Shown: positions 40,067-50,269 of the stretch, piece by piece
Layout: the number at the start of each line of letters is the position of its first letter
Position numbering within the stretch: position 1 is the first letter of the stretch
Assembly: GCA_963674825.1 (NCBI GenBank)
Contig: OY771587.1
Span: 480,001 to 544,000, forward strand
Reading direction: 5' to 3'
Length of the DNA stretch: 64,000 nt
Origin: Candidatus Cloacimonadales bacterium
GTDB taxonomy: Bacteria > Cloacimonadota > Cloacimonadia > Cloacimonadales > JAIOQZ01
Translations under genes and position numbers: made by a program
The notes under the pieces: model-generated
Told to the model about the DNA's origin: nothing
What the model saw: only the letters and a program-made list of their open reading frames with translations
Database searches by the model: none

Positions 40067-43000
40067 TTATTTCAGGAGCAACATCTTACGGCTGTAAGAC
40101 TTGCTCGAAGTTGAAAGGCGATAGAAATAGATACCGGACGATACGGGCTTGCCGTTTTCGCTGGTACCGTGCCAGGTAAGGCTATGCTCGCCGGCGGACA
40201 TTCTTTCATTCACCATCGTCTTGACCAGCTGACCCTTGATGTTGTAGATCTTGAGGGTGACAGGCTGCTTGCTGTCGCTGGCGGAGAGGCTGAACGAGAA
40301 GGTTGTTTCCGGGTTGAACGGATTCGGATAATTGCCAACGAGGGCAGTAACCGCTTCCGGAACGTCGGTTTCTTCATTCGCTACAATCGTCTGCGTGCAG
40401 GCTGTGCGGCCGATATCGCCATAAAGGAACGGCCATGCGCTCAGGTTGCCGCAGCTATTCTTGAGATCCCACAGAGCGATACCGGTATTGGTGCCGGCCA
40501 CGAGTTCTGCGGATCGTTATGATCGACATTGCAGAGGCTGACAGAGCTCTGAGTCGGTACACCATATCCGATCGGGAAGTATGCCAGGTTTTCACCAGCG
40601 GCATTGAGTCCCTGAATGGTACCTTCAGAATTGATCACGATAAGATCATTCATTCCATCACCATCGACATCACCGGCAACCGGTGTTCCGTCGATGCCGG
40701 AACCGAGGTCGATCGGCCAACCGGTAAGCGCGGTGCCATCGTCTTCCATGATATAGGTGTTACCGTTTTCGAGCGAGAATGCCAGTTCGTAGTCGTTGTC
40801 GCCGTCGAAATTCGCAGCGATAACAGACTTGGAGATCTTGGCACCCATGTCGAGGTCGGTGATCACAGAGCCGTCTTCGATGATATAGAGATGGTTATTG
40901 TTGCTGCTGATCGCAATACGACCGTCACCGTAGATAACCGGTGTATTGATAATCTGACCACCGAGGGTCACAGATGCGTAAGTTCCATCATTTTCGACAA
41001 TGTAGAGGTTTCCATCGAAACAGCCAACCACAACTTCGTTCGTTCCGTCGCCATCGACGTCGCCAAGCGCTGCGCCACCAAGGATACGTTCCGGCATTTC
41101 AAGCGGGAAGTTTTCCTGAGAAACACCATTAGCGTCCATGACATACAGATAGTGGTTCATGTTACCAACGATCAATTCTTCACGGCTGTCGCCGGTGAAA
41201 TCGCCGATTGTCGGTGTGTTCATAAATAACTGGTAGTCTTCGCCCTGGAACAAGATCGAACCGTCGTTATCGATGATGGTGATCTTGTGGTCGTACGATG
41301 CAGCAGCGATTTCGAGCTGCGGATCGTTGTCCATGTTACCAATCGCGAGGCTGGTTCGGATGTTTGCGCCGGTTTCAACCGGGAATCCCGAGATGTCGCC
41401 GCCATTCACGTTCAGAGCATAAATGTAACCGGACGCGTCAGCCGAGATGATCTCTTCGTTACCGTCGTTATTGAGATCGACAACGACCGGAGCGGAGTAT
41501 ACGGAAGTCTCGGTTGTGTACGGGAAGTTCGGGTAGTAAAGCAGCACGTTGGCTGTCAGGGTATATTGCTTCACGAAGTAGGTGTCGGTTCCTTCATTGG
41601 CAACCAGCTCGACAGTGAATTCATTCTCACCGACCGGGCAATCTTCAGAAAGCTGAATGATGAAAGGATCTTCGTAGTTATCGGAGGTCGATCCCGGTCC
41701 GAGAGTACCGAATTCGCGATATCCGTCTATGACTTCGATGTACGGATTGTCTGAAACAAGCGTAGCGCTCGAGTACTGAGCTGCGCCGGTACCAGGATTG
41801 TTGATAAGCATTACGACAACCTGAGCCTGTTCGCCCGGGTTGAGGATGCCGTCGCCGTCACCCTCGTATTCGGTAACCTGCTGATAGAAGATATCGAGGT
41901 CGGGCATGTTGCCTTCACCGTTGTAGATCGCAACTTCAGGATCACCGAAGAGCACCATTTCAAAGTAGACCCAACGATAGGTTCCACCGGTGGTTGCGTA
42001 AGCGGCAAGCTCTTCCTTGGAATAGCTAAGCGCTTTACCCATCTCGCGGATGTTTTCGAAGAAAAGACCGCGGAAGTATTTCTTGTCGAATTGCTGAGAA
42101 GCACCATTGGTGCTGCCGTTTGCATACCAGCCGTAGCGGGTGTTACCGACGAATGCGAACCAGCCGTGGTCGTCGAACAGCATGTGCTCGCCGATACATT
42201 CCACGTCACCGCTTGTAGCCTGATCGAAAGCCAGCGCATAGCAGCCCTGGGAGTAAACGAACGGGTATTCAGTGTTACTGAGGTTCTGAATCATACCGGG
42301 GGTCATACCCATTGCGTAGTTGTAGTCGCAGTGTCCCATGTGATTCATAAGACCAGCCTGATCATCATTGATATGAGCAGTCAGGTCGTCTGTGTTGAAG
42401 GTTCCGTCTCTTTCGTAGAGAGTCGTGACATTGTAGTAGCTCGGGAGCATCTGTGTGTTGTCGCCGATCTCATCTTTGTAGTCGCCACCCCAGGTAGGAA
42501 CATCGTCAAGCTGCTCGCCGACGAGCGTACACTTGTCGATCGAAGCTGCCGGGAAGTCAACATACTGGATGGTCTTGTAGATCATGTTTTCGAAATCTTG
42601 CATGGTGTCGCCGGGATAACGGCCCACGTGAACTTCCGCGAAGAGGTCGACGTTGTCGTTGGTCTCGCCGAAGATCTGGTCGCCATCGGCGTTCCAGCTA
42701 CCGTCAAGTGCTCCGTAGTACAGATCGCAGGGGATACTGTTATCGGTTTCGTTGACATGGCCCCATACGCCACGGATCGGGATGATTTCATCATCACCGG
42801 CCAGTAGTACGTATTCGAGCGGGGTATTGGTGGAAGCATAGGTTTCGTACGCGTCTGTGATGAACGCACGAAGCTTGCCGGAGGTTGTTCCAGTGTATTC
42901 GGAGTAGATATCGGTGATGCTGAACACGCCGGCGGTTACGCCATGCTCGCCCTTCCAGTCTGCGTATTCCTGGAAAAGGTCAACGTAGTCAGCGCCACAA

Positions 43001-43677
43001 ACGATGATGTACTGATACGGATCGTTAATATCAACGAGGTCGCGGTTGAGCTGCGGGGTGTTCTGATTCGGGTAGCTCTGGACCTGCTGCGGGTTACGGG
43101 CAAGGATATTTACCCGCTCCATGATGCTTTCGGATTTACAGATCATGCGGCTCTGTTCTTCGCGAACAGACGCATCCGCTTCGGTTTCGATGTGGATATC
43201 GACTGAACGATAGTAACCAAGACGTCCTGAAACGGGCATATATTTGTAGGGATAGACGTTGACGATTGCCATGTCCATACCGGCGAGGCGCTGAACGGAT
43301 GCAAGCTGGAAGTCGTATGCAGGATACGCTTCATCCGAGCTGTAGATCGCTTCGTTGCGTGATGTTTCAGTGATGTTCATGCCGGTGTGTACGGGCGTGA
43401 AATTGAATGGAATATCCCAGTCGCCTTCGAGTTCCGTGTAATCGGAAAGCTCGACAACGATGTCGCTGATGGATGTTCCGTAGGGGAGCATCAGGTTGTA
43501 GCTCTCGAACGGAAGCATCGGGGCTCCGACTTCGGGAATTACGAAGTTGGCATCAGTCGCGGGGTTGCCGCTTCTGGTGATAGGTGGAGTATTGACGGTC
43601 GTGCTGTAGTCAACCGATTCGGCTGCCAGCGATACGAGGGTCAACACCAATACGATTGTAAGTAGCAGGTTTCGCAT
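40067..43677 (-). pseudogene. Peptidase C25 + FG-GAP repeat protein with T9SS/FlgD-type CTD, split by a 1-nt frameshift near 40515 (real or sequencing error)
   Basis: ORF 40441-43677 carries the C25 domain (MNHMGH...SQGC) and FG-GAP repeats; ORF 40067-40501 carries the CTD. Adding one base at AAC G[G]A TCC joins them as CNVDHNGSAELVAGT. Confidence 0.85.
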
Positions 43678-43750
43678 GTGTTTGATCTCCTTAGTATTCT
43701 TTCTGTTCGTCTGCTTTATTTAAATATTTGCGTATGCGTTCATTTCATTA

Positions 43751-44551
43751 TTACGTTCGATAAAACTCTGGATGCCGGTCTTCCAGAAGATGATTTCTTC
43801 CTGTTAACATCTTGTCGAAAGCCTTGTCCGGATCAATCGCGCGGACCACAAGTTCGTCGGATTGCTCCGATGCGCGGTAAACCAATTCGCCGCGGTTGGT
43901 GACGATCTGGCTTTGTCCGGTGAAATTTAACAAATTTCCGTTGCATGTCTCCTCGCCGTACCGGTTAGCGGTGACTGCAAACACCCCGTTTTCCAATGTC
44001 CTTGTCAGCATGGCTCGCTGGCACCACGGCAGCACCAGGTTGACTGAATGACAGATGACCTGCGCGCCGGCCAGTGCGAGCGAACGCGTTGCCTCTGGGA
44101 AAATCCAGTCGAAGCATATCATCAAGCCGACCTTCACGCCGCCTTTCGCTTCATAAACCGGAAATCCCAGGTCTCCGGAATCGAACACCAGTTTCTCAGC
44201 ATCGAACAGGTGAACTTTCCGATAAAGTTGTACGGAGCCGTCCGGATTGACCAGCATGGACGAATTATAGATGCGATCATCATCACGCTCGGCAAATCCC
44301 ATGACATAGCTGGTGTTACGCTGTTTCGAAAGCTTTTTGAGAAGTGTGGAGGAGGGTCCGTTGTTGGCGGGTTCGGCAAGATTCGACAGCTCGTCGCGGT
44401 TCTTGAACATATAGCCTGTAACCGCGAGTTCAGGCAGTACGATCACGTCTGCATCCGGCGCTTCTGAAAGGCGCTTCTCTATATACGACAAATTCGCTTC
44501 CGGCTTAAGATGCTCCGGTTTGAACTGCAGGAATCCTACCCGGTAATCCAA
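43751..44551 (-). CDS. Carbon-nitrogen hydrolase (nitrilase superfamily)
   Basis: VLPEL, YRKVHLF, MICFDWIFPE (Glu-Lys-Cys triad); TTG start after GGAGG. Confidence 0.92.
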   Translation of the reverse strand: MDYRVGFLQFKPEHLKPEANLSYIEKRLSEAPDADVIVLPELAVTGYMFKNRDELSNLAEPANNGPSSTLLKKLSKQRNTSYVMGFAERDDDRIYNSSMLVNPDGSVQLYRKVHLFDAEKLVFDSGDLGFPVYEAKGGVKVGLMICFDWIFPEATRSLALAGAQVICHSVNLVLPWCQRAMLTRTLENGVFAVTANRYGEETCNGNLLNFTGQSQIVTNRGELVYRASEQSDELVVRAIDPDKAFDKMLTGRNHLLEDRHPEFYRT

Positions 44552-44789
44552 GATTTCCTCCCAATCTCCCTTATGCTTTCCCCGAAACCGGGTAACTCCG
44601 TCTCATTCCCGTACATAGATAGTATAATGCAAAACGTGTTCCGTTGCACATTGCAATGCGTTAATTCTTTCCTCGTAACCATGCTGTCCGTGTTATGATA
44701 CATTTTATGAAGAATGTTGGAGGTCGCCCATCGTGTCAATGATTTTTCTCATGAAGGTGATCCAGATGCCACGAATTAGAATGATTGGC

Positions 44790-45395
44790 TTATTCCTCAT
44801 ACTCGATCGCACCCGATTGCTGAAGCTCGTCAAGCAGCGCGACCAGCGGCCCGGCATCCTTTTCCTCGACATCAACAGTCAGCGTCACTTTGTCCGTGTA
44901 TTCGGCGTCGGTTATTTCTCCGCTCAGGCTGGTCACTTTGTATTTCAGCGATTCGGAGAAACCGTAATCGACGGTTACCAGAAAGCTCTTTACATGCACA
45001 ATCTTCTTCAGTGGCTCAACCTGCACGCAATCTTCCACAGCCTGCCCATAGGCCTCGATCAATCCTCTGATCCCCAGCTTGATCCCTCCGAAATAGCGCG
45101 TCACCACAACCGCTACGTTGGTCAGATCGTGACGTTTCAAGGCGTTAAGCATGGGCTTTCCCGCTGTTCCCGAGGGTTCTCCAGCGTCGGATGCGTGAAA
45201 GGTCTGTCCAGCATCGCCAACAACATATGCCCAGCAATTATGGTTCGCCTGCTTATGCTGCGCGGCGATTTCGGAGATGAACAGCTTGGCGTCCTCCATG
45301 GTCGTGACATGCCGCATGGCGCAAATGAAGCGCGAACGCTGGATTTTAATCTCGTTCTTGCGATCGGAATCAACGGTGTAGAAGTATTCGGGCAT
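44790..45395 (-). CDS. YigZ/IMPACT family protein
   Basis: ANHNCWAY, SDAGEPSGTAGKPML, VTRYFGGIKLG. Confidence 0.95.
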   Translation of the reverse strand: MPEYFYTVDSDRKNEIKIQRSRFICAMRHVTTMEDAKLFISEIAAQHKQANHNCWAYVVGDAGQTFHASDAGEPSGTAGKPMLNALKRHDLTNVAVVVTRYFGGIKLGIRGLIEAYGQAVEDCVQVEPLKKIVHVKSFLVTVDYGFSESLKYKVTSLSGEITDAEYTDKVTLTVDVEEKDAGPLVALLDELQQSGAIEYEE

Positions 45396-45397
45396 AA

Positions 45398-45910
45398 TCA
45401 GATGAGAGGTCGGACGAATTCTTCGGTCTGGCGTCGTTCAGGCAATTGTTTGGTCTCGTTCGGGAAACCTATCGGCGTCACGGTGGCAACATAGTGGTTC
45501 TGGGGGATACCGAGTAGTTCTTTGACAGAATCCCTGTTCATATCCGCGATCCAGCAGGTACCAAGTCCATTTTGCCAGGCTGCCAGAAGCAAATAGGTCG
45601 CTGCGATACAACCATCTTCCACAGCGCGGCTGGTTTTTTCAGATTCTACGCATACGGCAACAGCGAGTGGTGCTTTGCCGATGGGAGCTGATGCACCGGG
45701 TCTGGTCTCCGCAAGCTTTTCGATGGTTTCGCGATCCCGGATCACGATATAATAATAGGCTTGGGTATTACGCGCTGTCGGCGAAAAGCGACAGGCTTCA
45801 AAGACCCTCCCGAGAAGTTCATCGGAGGGGATTTCACCGGTATAATTGCGAATACTGCGGCGTTCCTTAAGAAGCTCTTCCCCGTTCATAGCGGTTACCT
45901 GTACTGACAT
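45398..45910 (-). CDS. Nitroreductase family protein
   Basis: RRSIRNY, SPTARN, LAAWQNGLGTCWI, PIGFP; ATG 45910 after GGAGG. Confidence 0.9.
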   Translation of the reverse strand: MSVQVTAMNGEELLKERRSIRNYTGEIPSDELLGRVFEACRFSPTARNTQAYYYIVIRDRETIEKLAETRPGASAPIGKAPLAVAVCVESEKTSRAVEDGCIAATYLLLAAWQNGLGTCWIADMNRDSVKELLGIPQNHYVATVTPIGFPNETKQLPERRQTEEFVRPLI

Positions 45911-46058
45911 AGTTCCTCCATTTCGGCCATGATTCCTCATTCCGATATTCTGTCAAGAGCAGGATGTTGATAAGCGCTCACAGTTTCATGTCTCTTTTTC
46001 TTGACATTTTTTTACGCATTCAGGGCTGTTAAGTTGGAAAGAAATGTAAGGATGCGTA

Positions 46059-46769
46059 ATGAATAAGAACACTGCTATCATCGTTGCCGGTGGATCGGGA
46101 AAACGGCTCCCCGGCAGCCAGAAGAAACAGTTCTTGCAAATCGGTGGTGTCCCCATCCTGATTCTGGCGATCAGCCCATTCATCGCCGATTCGTCCGTAA
46201 AAAGCCTGGTAATCGTACTTCCGGAGGATGAGATCGAAGTCGGCAAAAGCCTGATCAAGAACTCCTGCGCGGCATGTATGAAGAAGGAAATTACCCTCGT
46301 TGTCGGAGGTAACAGCCGGCAGGAATCGGTATTCAACGGACTTCGGGCCTGCCCGGAAGATACGGAATATGTGCTCATCCATGATGGCGTCAGGCCGTTC
46401 ATTGAGTACATGCTAATTCCGAATCTGCTCCAAGCTGCCGAACAGCACGGCGCTGCCATTCCGGTAACGCCTGTGCGCTACACTCTTAAAGAAGCACATG
46501 ACGGCATGATCAAAAGCACCGTCCCGCGCCAGAATCTTTTCGCAGCGCATACACCGCAGGTCTTCGCGTTCCAAACGATCCTCGATTGTCACCAGAAGCT
46601 GCATGAATCGCACGAGGAATTCACCGATGACGCAGCGATCTTCGAGCATTTTGGAAAACCGGTGGCGATCGTTCCATGCGATGAAACGAACATCAAGATC
46701 ACCTGCCCTTCCGATCTCATCCTTGCTGAAAAAATCTATGAAATGAAATGTAATAAGGAGAATTCATGA
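46059..46769 (+). CDS. ispD: 2-C-methyl-D-erythritol 4-phosphate cytidylyltransferase
   Basis: AGGSGKR, KKQFL, GGNSRQESV, LIHDGVRP, TPQVF, TDDA, NIKIT. Confidence 0.95.
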   Translation: MNKNTAIIVAGGSGKRLPGSQKKQFLQIGGVPILILAISPFIADSSVKSLVIVLPEDEIEVGKSLIKNSCAACMKKEITLVVGGNSRQESVFNGLRACPEDTEYVLIHDGVRPFIEYMLIPNLLQAAEQHGAAIPVTPVRYTLKEAHDGMIKSTVPRQNLFAAHTPQVFAFQTILDCHQKLHESHEEFTDDAAIFEHFGKPVAIVPCDETNIKITCPSDLILAEKIYEMKCNKENS

Positions 46770-49498
46770 CTTTACGCCGATTGATCGACAAGATCGAAAA
46801 CATCGAATTCACGCTCCGCATTCCGGTATTCGGATTGGGCTGCGGCGTGCTGGGGTTGACCCTCGCAAAATCGCATATCAAAATGGGAAAATGGGCATCC
46901 AAACTGCTCAAATCCCTTGAATATCGCGGCTACGATTCGACAGGCGCAGCCTTCCAGGACGATAAGAAGAACGTCGTACTGCTCAAGGACGTCGGCGCAC
47001 CGAGCGTGCTCGTGGAAACACTTGGCATTGAAAAGCAGGAAGGTAAAATCTTCTGCGGTCAGGTTCGCTGGGCAACGTTTGGCGCGGTGGATCGCGTTAA
47101 TGCACAGCCACACAACGTAAGCTGCAAACGCCACATCTTCGGCGCGCACAACGGCAATATCACAAACACGCGCGAGCTCAAGCAGTTTTTGCAGCGTGAA
47201 GGCCACGCAGTGTTGTCTGATAATGATGGTGAAATGCTGGTTCACACCGTCGAGCACTATTTCGATATCGAGCTCGATAAGCTCTCGGCTGCCGATCAGA
47301 AAAGAAACGATGCCCGTAAAGCCGCTATGCGCCGTGCGATCCTGGAAGCAACCAGCCAGACAATCGGCTCGTTCGCAGCGGTTATATCCGATCCCGTAAC
47401 GGAAACCCAATGGGCAATCAAAGCCGGCAGCAGCCTCTATTTCGGCGTCGGCACCATCGAAGATACCCCCTTTGCGTTAGCATCATCCGACCTCACCGCC
47501 GTTCTCCGTTTCACCAAAGACCTGGTTAAGCTCCAGCAAGGCGAGTTCGTCGAATACACTGCCAGCGAATTTCAGGTTTACGCCTATAACGACATCCGCA
47601 TCCGCAAGCTGAATCAGCCGGATGAAGTTTACAAGCGCGGTGACCGTATCGTTCGTAAAGCGGTTCGATCCAAACTCCGCGCGGAAGACACCGAGCTTCA
47701 GCCACAATTCAAGTACTTCATGGAACAGGAAATCTTCGCCGAAATCGAATCGACCGGGAAGCTGGTCAAGATGTTCCTGGGCGGCTCCAATACCGGGCGC
47801 CACATGCGCAATTTCCTCAACGAAGTACAGCAGCTCAAAGAGATTGAAAAGCTCTGCGAGAAGATCATGAAGCAGGGATCTTACGAGAAGCAGGTGAAGG
47901 TGTTTGACGAGTACATCGAATCCGATCGCTCCGAACTCTTTATCGAGAATATCAAGCAGCACTACCGCAGGCTTTACGACGAGGTGTTCAAGGAAGACTT
48001 CGACAAAAAATACTTCTTCTCCAACGACAAGAACGCCTTCATCGATATCGCCGGTGAGCCATTCGACAAGAAGCGAATGCTCATCGCCAAAGCACTGGAT
48101 TCCGTCTCTGAAAAGCAGGATATCCAGGAATTCGATACCATCGTCTCAGGATTCATCGAGCTGATTCGCAATACCCTGCGCAACAGCCGCAACATCTACA
48201 CCGTAGCCTGCGGAACATCCTTCCACGCAACCAAGCTTGCAGCAGTCTTCTTCAACGAAATCGCCGGTGTCGAGATCATCCCGATCCTTCCGGGTGACTA
48301 CCGCGGTCAGTATTCCAAGTGTATGAAGGAAAACGACGCCATCATCGGCGTATCGCAGAGCGGCGAGACCAAAGACCTCATCGATATCTTCAACGACATC
48401 GATTCGCTCGATATCGGCATCAAGAAGATCGTGCTGGTCAACAACATGAATTCTACGCTCGGTCAGGAAAAGAGCGATATTTCCATCCCGATTTTCTGCG
48501 GACCTGAGATAGCAGTACCTGCTACCAAGAGCTTTATCAACCAGATGACGCTGTTCTACTACCTGGCGATCAAAGTCGGGGAAATGCGCTTCGAAGAGTG
48601 TAAGAACACGATGAGCCCCGAGCAGCTCGCGCAAATGGATTACGAAATCTCTCGTCGTTACAAGACCCTGCTCGTAATTCCGGAATTGATCAAGGAAACC
48701 ATATATTCCAGCGAAGAATCGATCGAATTCGTGGCTTCGAAGATCTACATGGAGCCCTCCATGCACATCCTTGCGACCAAGCTCAGCGGCGTCGCAAAAG
48801 AAGGAGCGCTCAAGATCCGCGAAACGGTGCTCAACCACTGCGAAGGCGGTGAAGCAAGCGAGTTCAAGCATGGGCCAAACACCATACTCGGCATCAACAC
48901 AGTCTTCGGTATGAAGAATATCAAAGCGATGGTGAAATACTTCCAGAAGAAGATCAACGAGATGGAGCGCGAAGGCGTTAGAATGGGTCTGAAGAATGAA
49001 GAAATTCGCGAGATGATCAAGGCATTCAGCACTTATATGTTCACGCGCACCATGCCTTTCAGCCTCACAGGCGAGGGCCTCGCGCTCTTCAAGAAGATCG
49101 CCGCCGACTACGACATCTTCACGCCGCTCTACCGCAACTATCCACTGATCTACGTAACCGGTCCGGACGAACGCGATGTCAACCTGACTATCTCGCAGAT
49201 CAACACCCATAAAATCCGTGGCGCTGACACCTTCGTAATCGCGGAAGAGAACGATCGCCTCATGGAAAACGCCTCTTCCAGCCCGGATCAGAAGAAATAT
49301 TACGGCTTCGGATACATCATCCTGCCTCGTACCGGAGACAGCCTGCTGACCGCCTTCTCCGCGTCGATCGTGCTGCAATTACTTGCACTGAGGATGAGCG
49401 TCCGCAAGATGGCCTACCTCGACAGGGTCGAATTTGTGGATCACGGAGTACATCCGGACGTACCGAAGAACGTGTCGAAATCGATTACGGTGGATTAG
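46766..49498 (+). CDS. glmS: Glutamine-fructose-6-phosphate amidotransferase-like protein, enlarged (910 aa)
   Basis: CGVLG, LEYRGYDSTG, RWAT, HNGNITN, ACGTSFH, SQSGETKD, GPEIAVPATKSF, EGALKIRE, EFKHGP, C-terminal PKNVSKSITVD. Confidence 0.88.
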   Translation: MTLRRLIDKIENIEFTLRIPVFGLGCGVLGLTLAKSHIKMGKWASKLLKSLEYRGYDSTGAAFQDDKKNVVLLKDVGAPSVLVETLGIEKQEGKIFCGQVRWATFGAVDRVNAQPHNVSCKRHIFGAHNGNITNTRELKQFLQREGHAVLSDNDGEMLVHTVEHYFDIELDKLSAADQKRNDARKAAMRRAILEATSQTIGSFAAVISDPVTETQWAIKAGSSLYFGVGTIEDTPFALASSDLTAVLRFTKDLVKLQQGEFVEYTASEFQVYAYNDIRIRKLNQPDEVYKRGDRIVRKAVRSKLRAEDTELQPQFKYFMEQEIFAEIESTGKLVKMFLGGSNTGRHMRNFLNEVQQLKEIEKLCEKIMKQGSYEKQVKVFDEYIESDRSELFIENIKQHYRRLYDEVFKEDFDKKYFFSNDKNAFIDIAGEPFDKKRMLIAKALDSVSEKQDIQEFDTIVSGFIELIRNTLRNSRNIYTVACGTSFHATKLAAVFFNEIAGVEIIPILPGDYRGQYSKCMKENDAIIGVSQSGETKDLIDIFNDIDSLDIGIKKIVLVNNMNSTLGQEKSDISIPIFCGPEIAVPATKSFINQMTLFYYLAIKVGEMRFEECKNTMSPEQLAQMDYEISRRYKTLLVIPELIKETIYSSEESIEFVASKIYMEPSMHILATKLSGVAKEGALKIRETVLNHCEGGEASEFKHGPNTILGINTVFGMKNIKAMVKYFQKKINEMEREGVRMGLKNEEIREMIKAFSTYMFTRTMPFSLTGEGLALFKKIAADYDIFTPLYRNYPLIYVTGPDERDVNLTISQINTHKIRGADTFVIAEENDRLMENASSSPDQKKYYGFGYIILPRTGDSLLTAFSASIVLQLLALRMSVRKMAYLDRVEFVDHGVHPDVPKNVSKSITVD

Positions 49499-49502
49499 GA
49501 GA

Positions 49503-49544
49503 AGGAGACGGGAGTCAGGAGTCAGGAGTCAGGAGACAAGAGAA
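49503..49544. repeat. Heptamer tandem repeat (AGGAGWC-like, six units)
   Basis: AGGAGAC GGGAGTC AGGAGTC AGGAGTC AGGAGAC AAGAGAA. Confidence 0.85.
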
Positions 49545-49570
49545 ATGCGGACGGGGACGTCCGCGCTCCA
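49545..49570 (-). repeat. REP-like hairpin, family A
   Basis: Reverse complement TGGAGCGCGGACGTCCCCGTCCGCAT. Confidence 0.8.
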
Positions 49571-49650
49571 TAGAAGAGAGCCTGCTTCGAGATTGCTCTG
49601 CCCTATATTGATAAAATTGGATTTCATTAACCATAAAGAAGGAGTACAAC

Positions 49651-50214
49651 ATGTTTTGCCGAAAATGCGGAAAAGCAATTCCTGACGACAGTGTATTTTG
49701 CCCTCACTGCGGTGAAAAAAGCGAATCGGACGTTCGACCCGGATTCATGGGGTTAGCCATCGTGGATGATGAGCCGCAACCAGTACGATACGCTGGATTC
49801 TGGCTTCGTTTCTGGGCGTATCTGATCGATGGAATCCTGCTCTCGCTGGTTCTCACACCGACACAATATTTCATGGGCGTACCGATGTTCAACTTCGACA
49901 CCCCACCCGTCATGGATTTTCACTACCTCAAGCTTGTTTGGGGGTCGTCATTCCTTACCTGGGTGATTAGTATGCTCTACTTTGCACTGATGGAAAGCTC
50001 AAGCAAACAGGCGACCATCGGCAAGATCATATGCGGAATCTATGTCACGGATGAAAAGGGCGAGCCAATCGGCTTCGGCAAAGCGCTTCTTCGCAATATC
50101 TCAAAGCTCATCTCCGGCGCGATCATCCTTATCGGCTACATGATGGCTGGTTTCACCAAAAAGAAACAGGCTCTGCATGATATGCTCGCTGAATGCCTGG
50201 TGGTAAGAAAGTAA
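49651..50214 (+). CDS. RDD family membrane protein with N-terminal zinc ribbon
   Basis: MFCRKCG...FCPHCG; YAGFWLRFWAYLID; QATIGK; KQALHDMLA. Confidence 0.92.
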   Translation: MFCRKCGKAIPDDSVFCPHCGEKSESDVRPGFMGLAIVDDEPQPVRYAGFWLRFWAYLIDGILLSLVLTPTQYFMGVPMFNFDTPPVMDFHYLKLVWGSSFLTWVISMLYFALMESSSKQATIGKIICGIYVTDEKGEPIGFGKALLRNISKLISGAIILIGYMMAGFTKKKQALHDMLAECLVVRK

Positions 50215-50228
50215 AATAGTTACGTGTT

Positions 50229-50256
50229 TGGGGATTGCGGACATCTTCGTCCGCAT
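50229..50256 (+). repeat. REP-like hairpin, family A
   Basis: TGGGGATTGCGGACATCTTCGTCCGCAT. Confidence 0.75.
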
Positions 50257-50269
50257 CCCTCCTTGGTTT

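Noticed and set aside
44555..44735. Long leader of the nitrilase-family gene as a fluoride-type riboswitch
   Set aside because: GGGAATGAG is suggestive, but the downstream conserved elements and pseudoknot partner are absent.
46700..46766. glmS ribozyme
   Set aside because: glmS overlaps the ispD stop codon, so there is no untranslated leader.
48146..49378. 410-aa antisense ORF, and other long antisense ORFs in the track
   Set aside because: Mirror frames of strongly codon-biased genes, with no SD or motifs.
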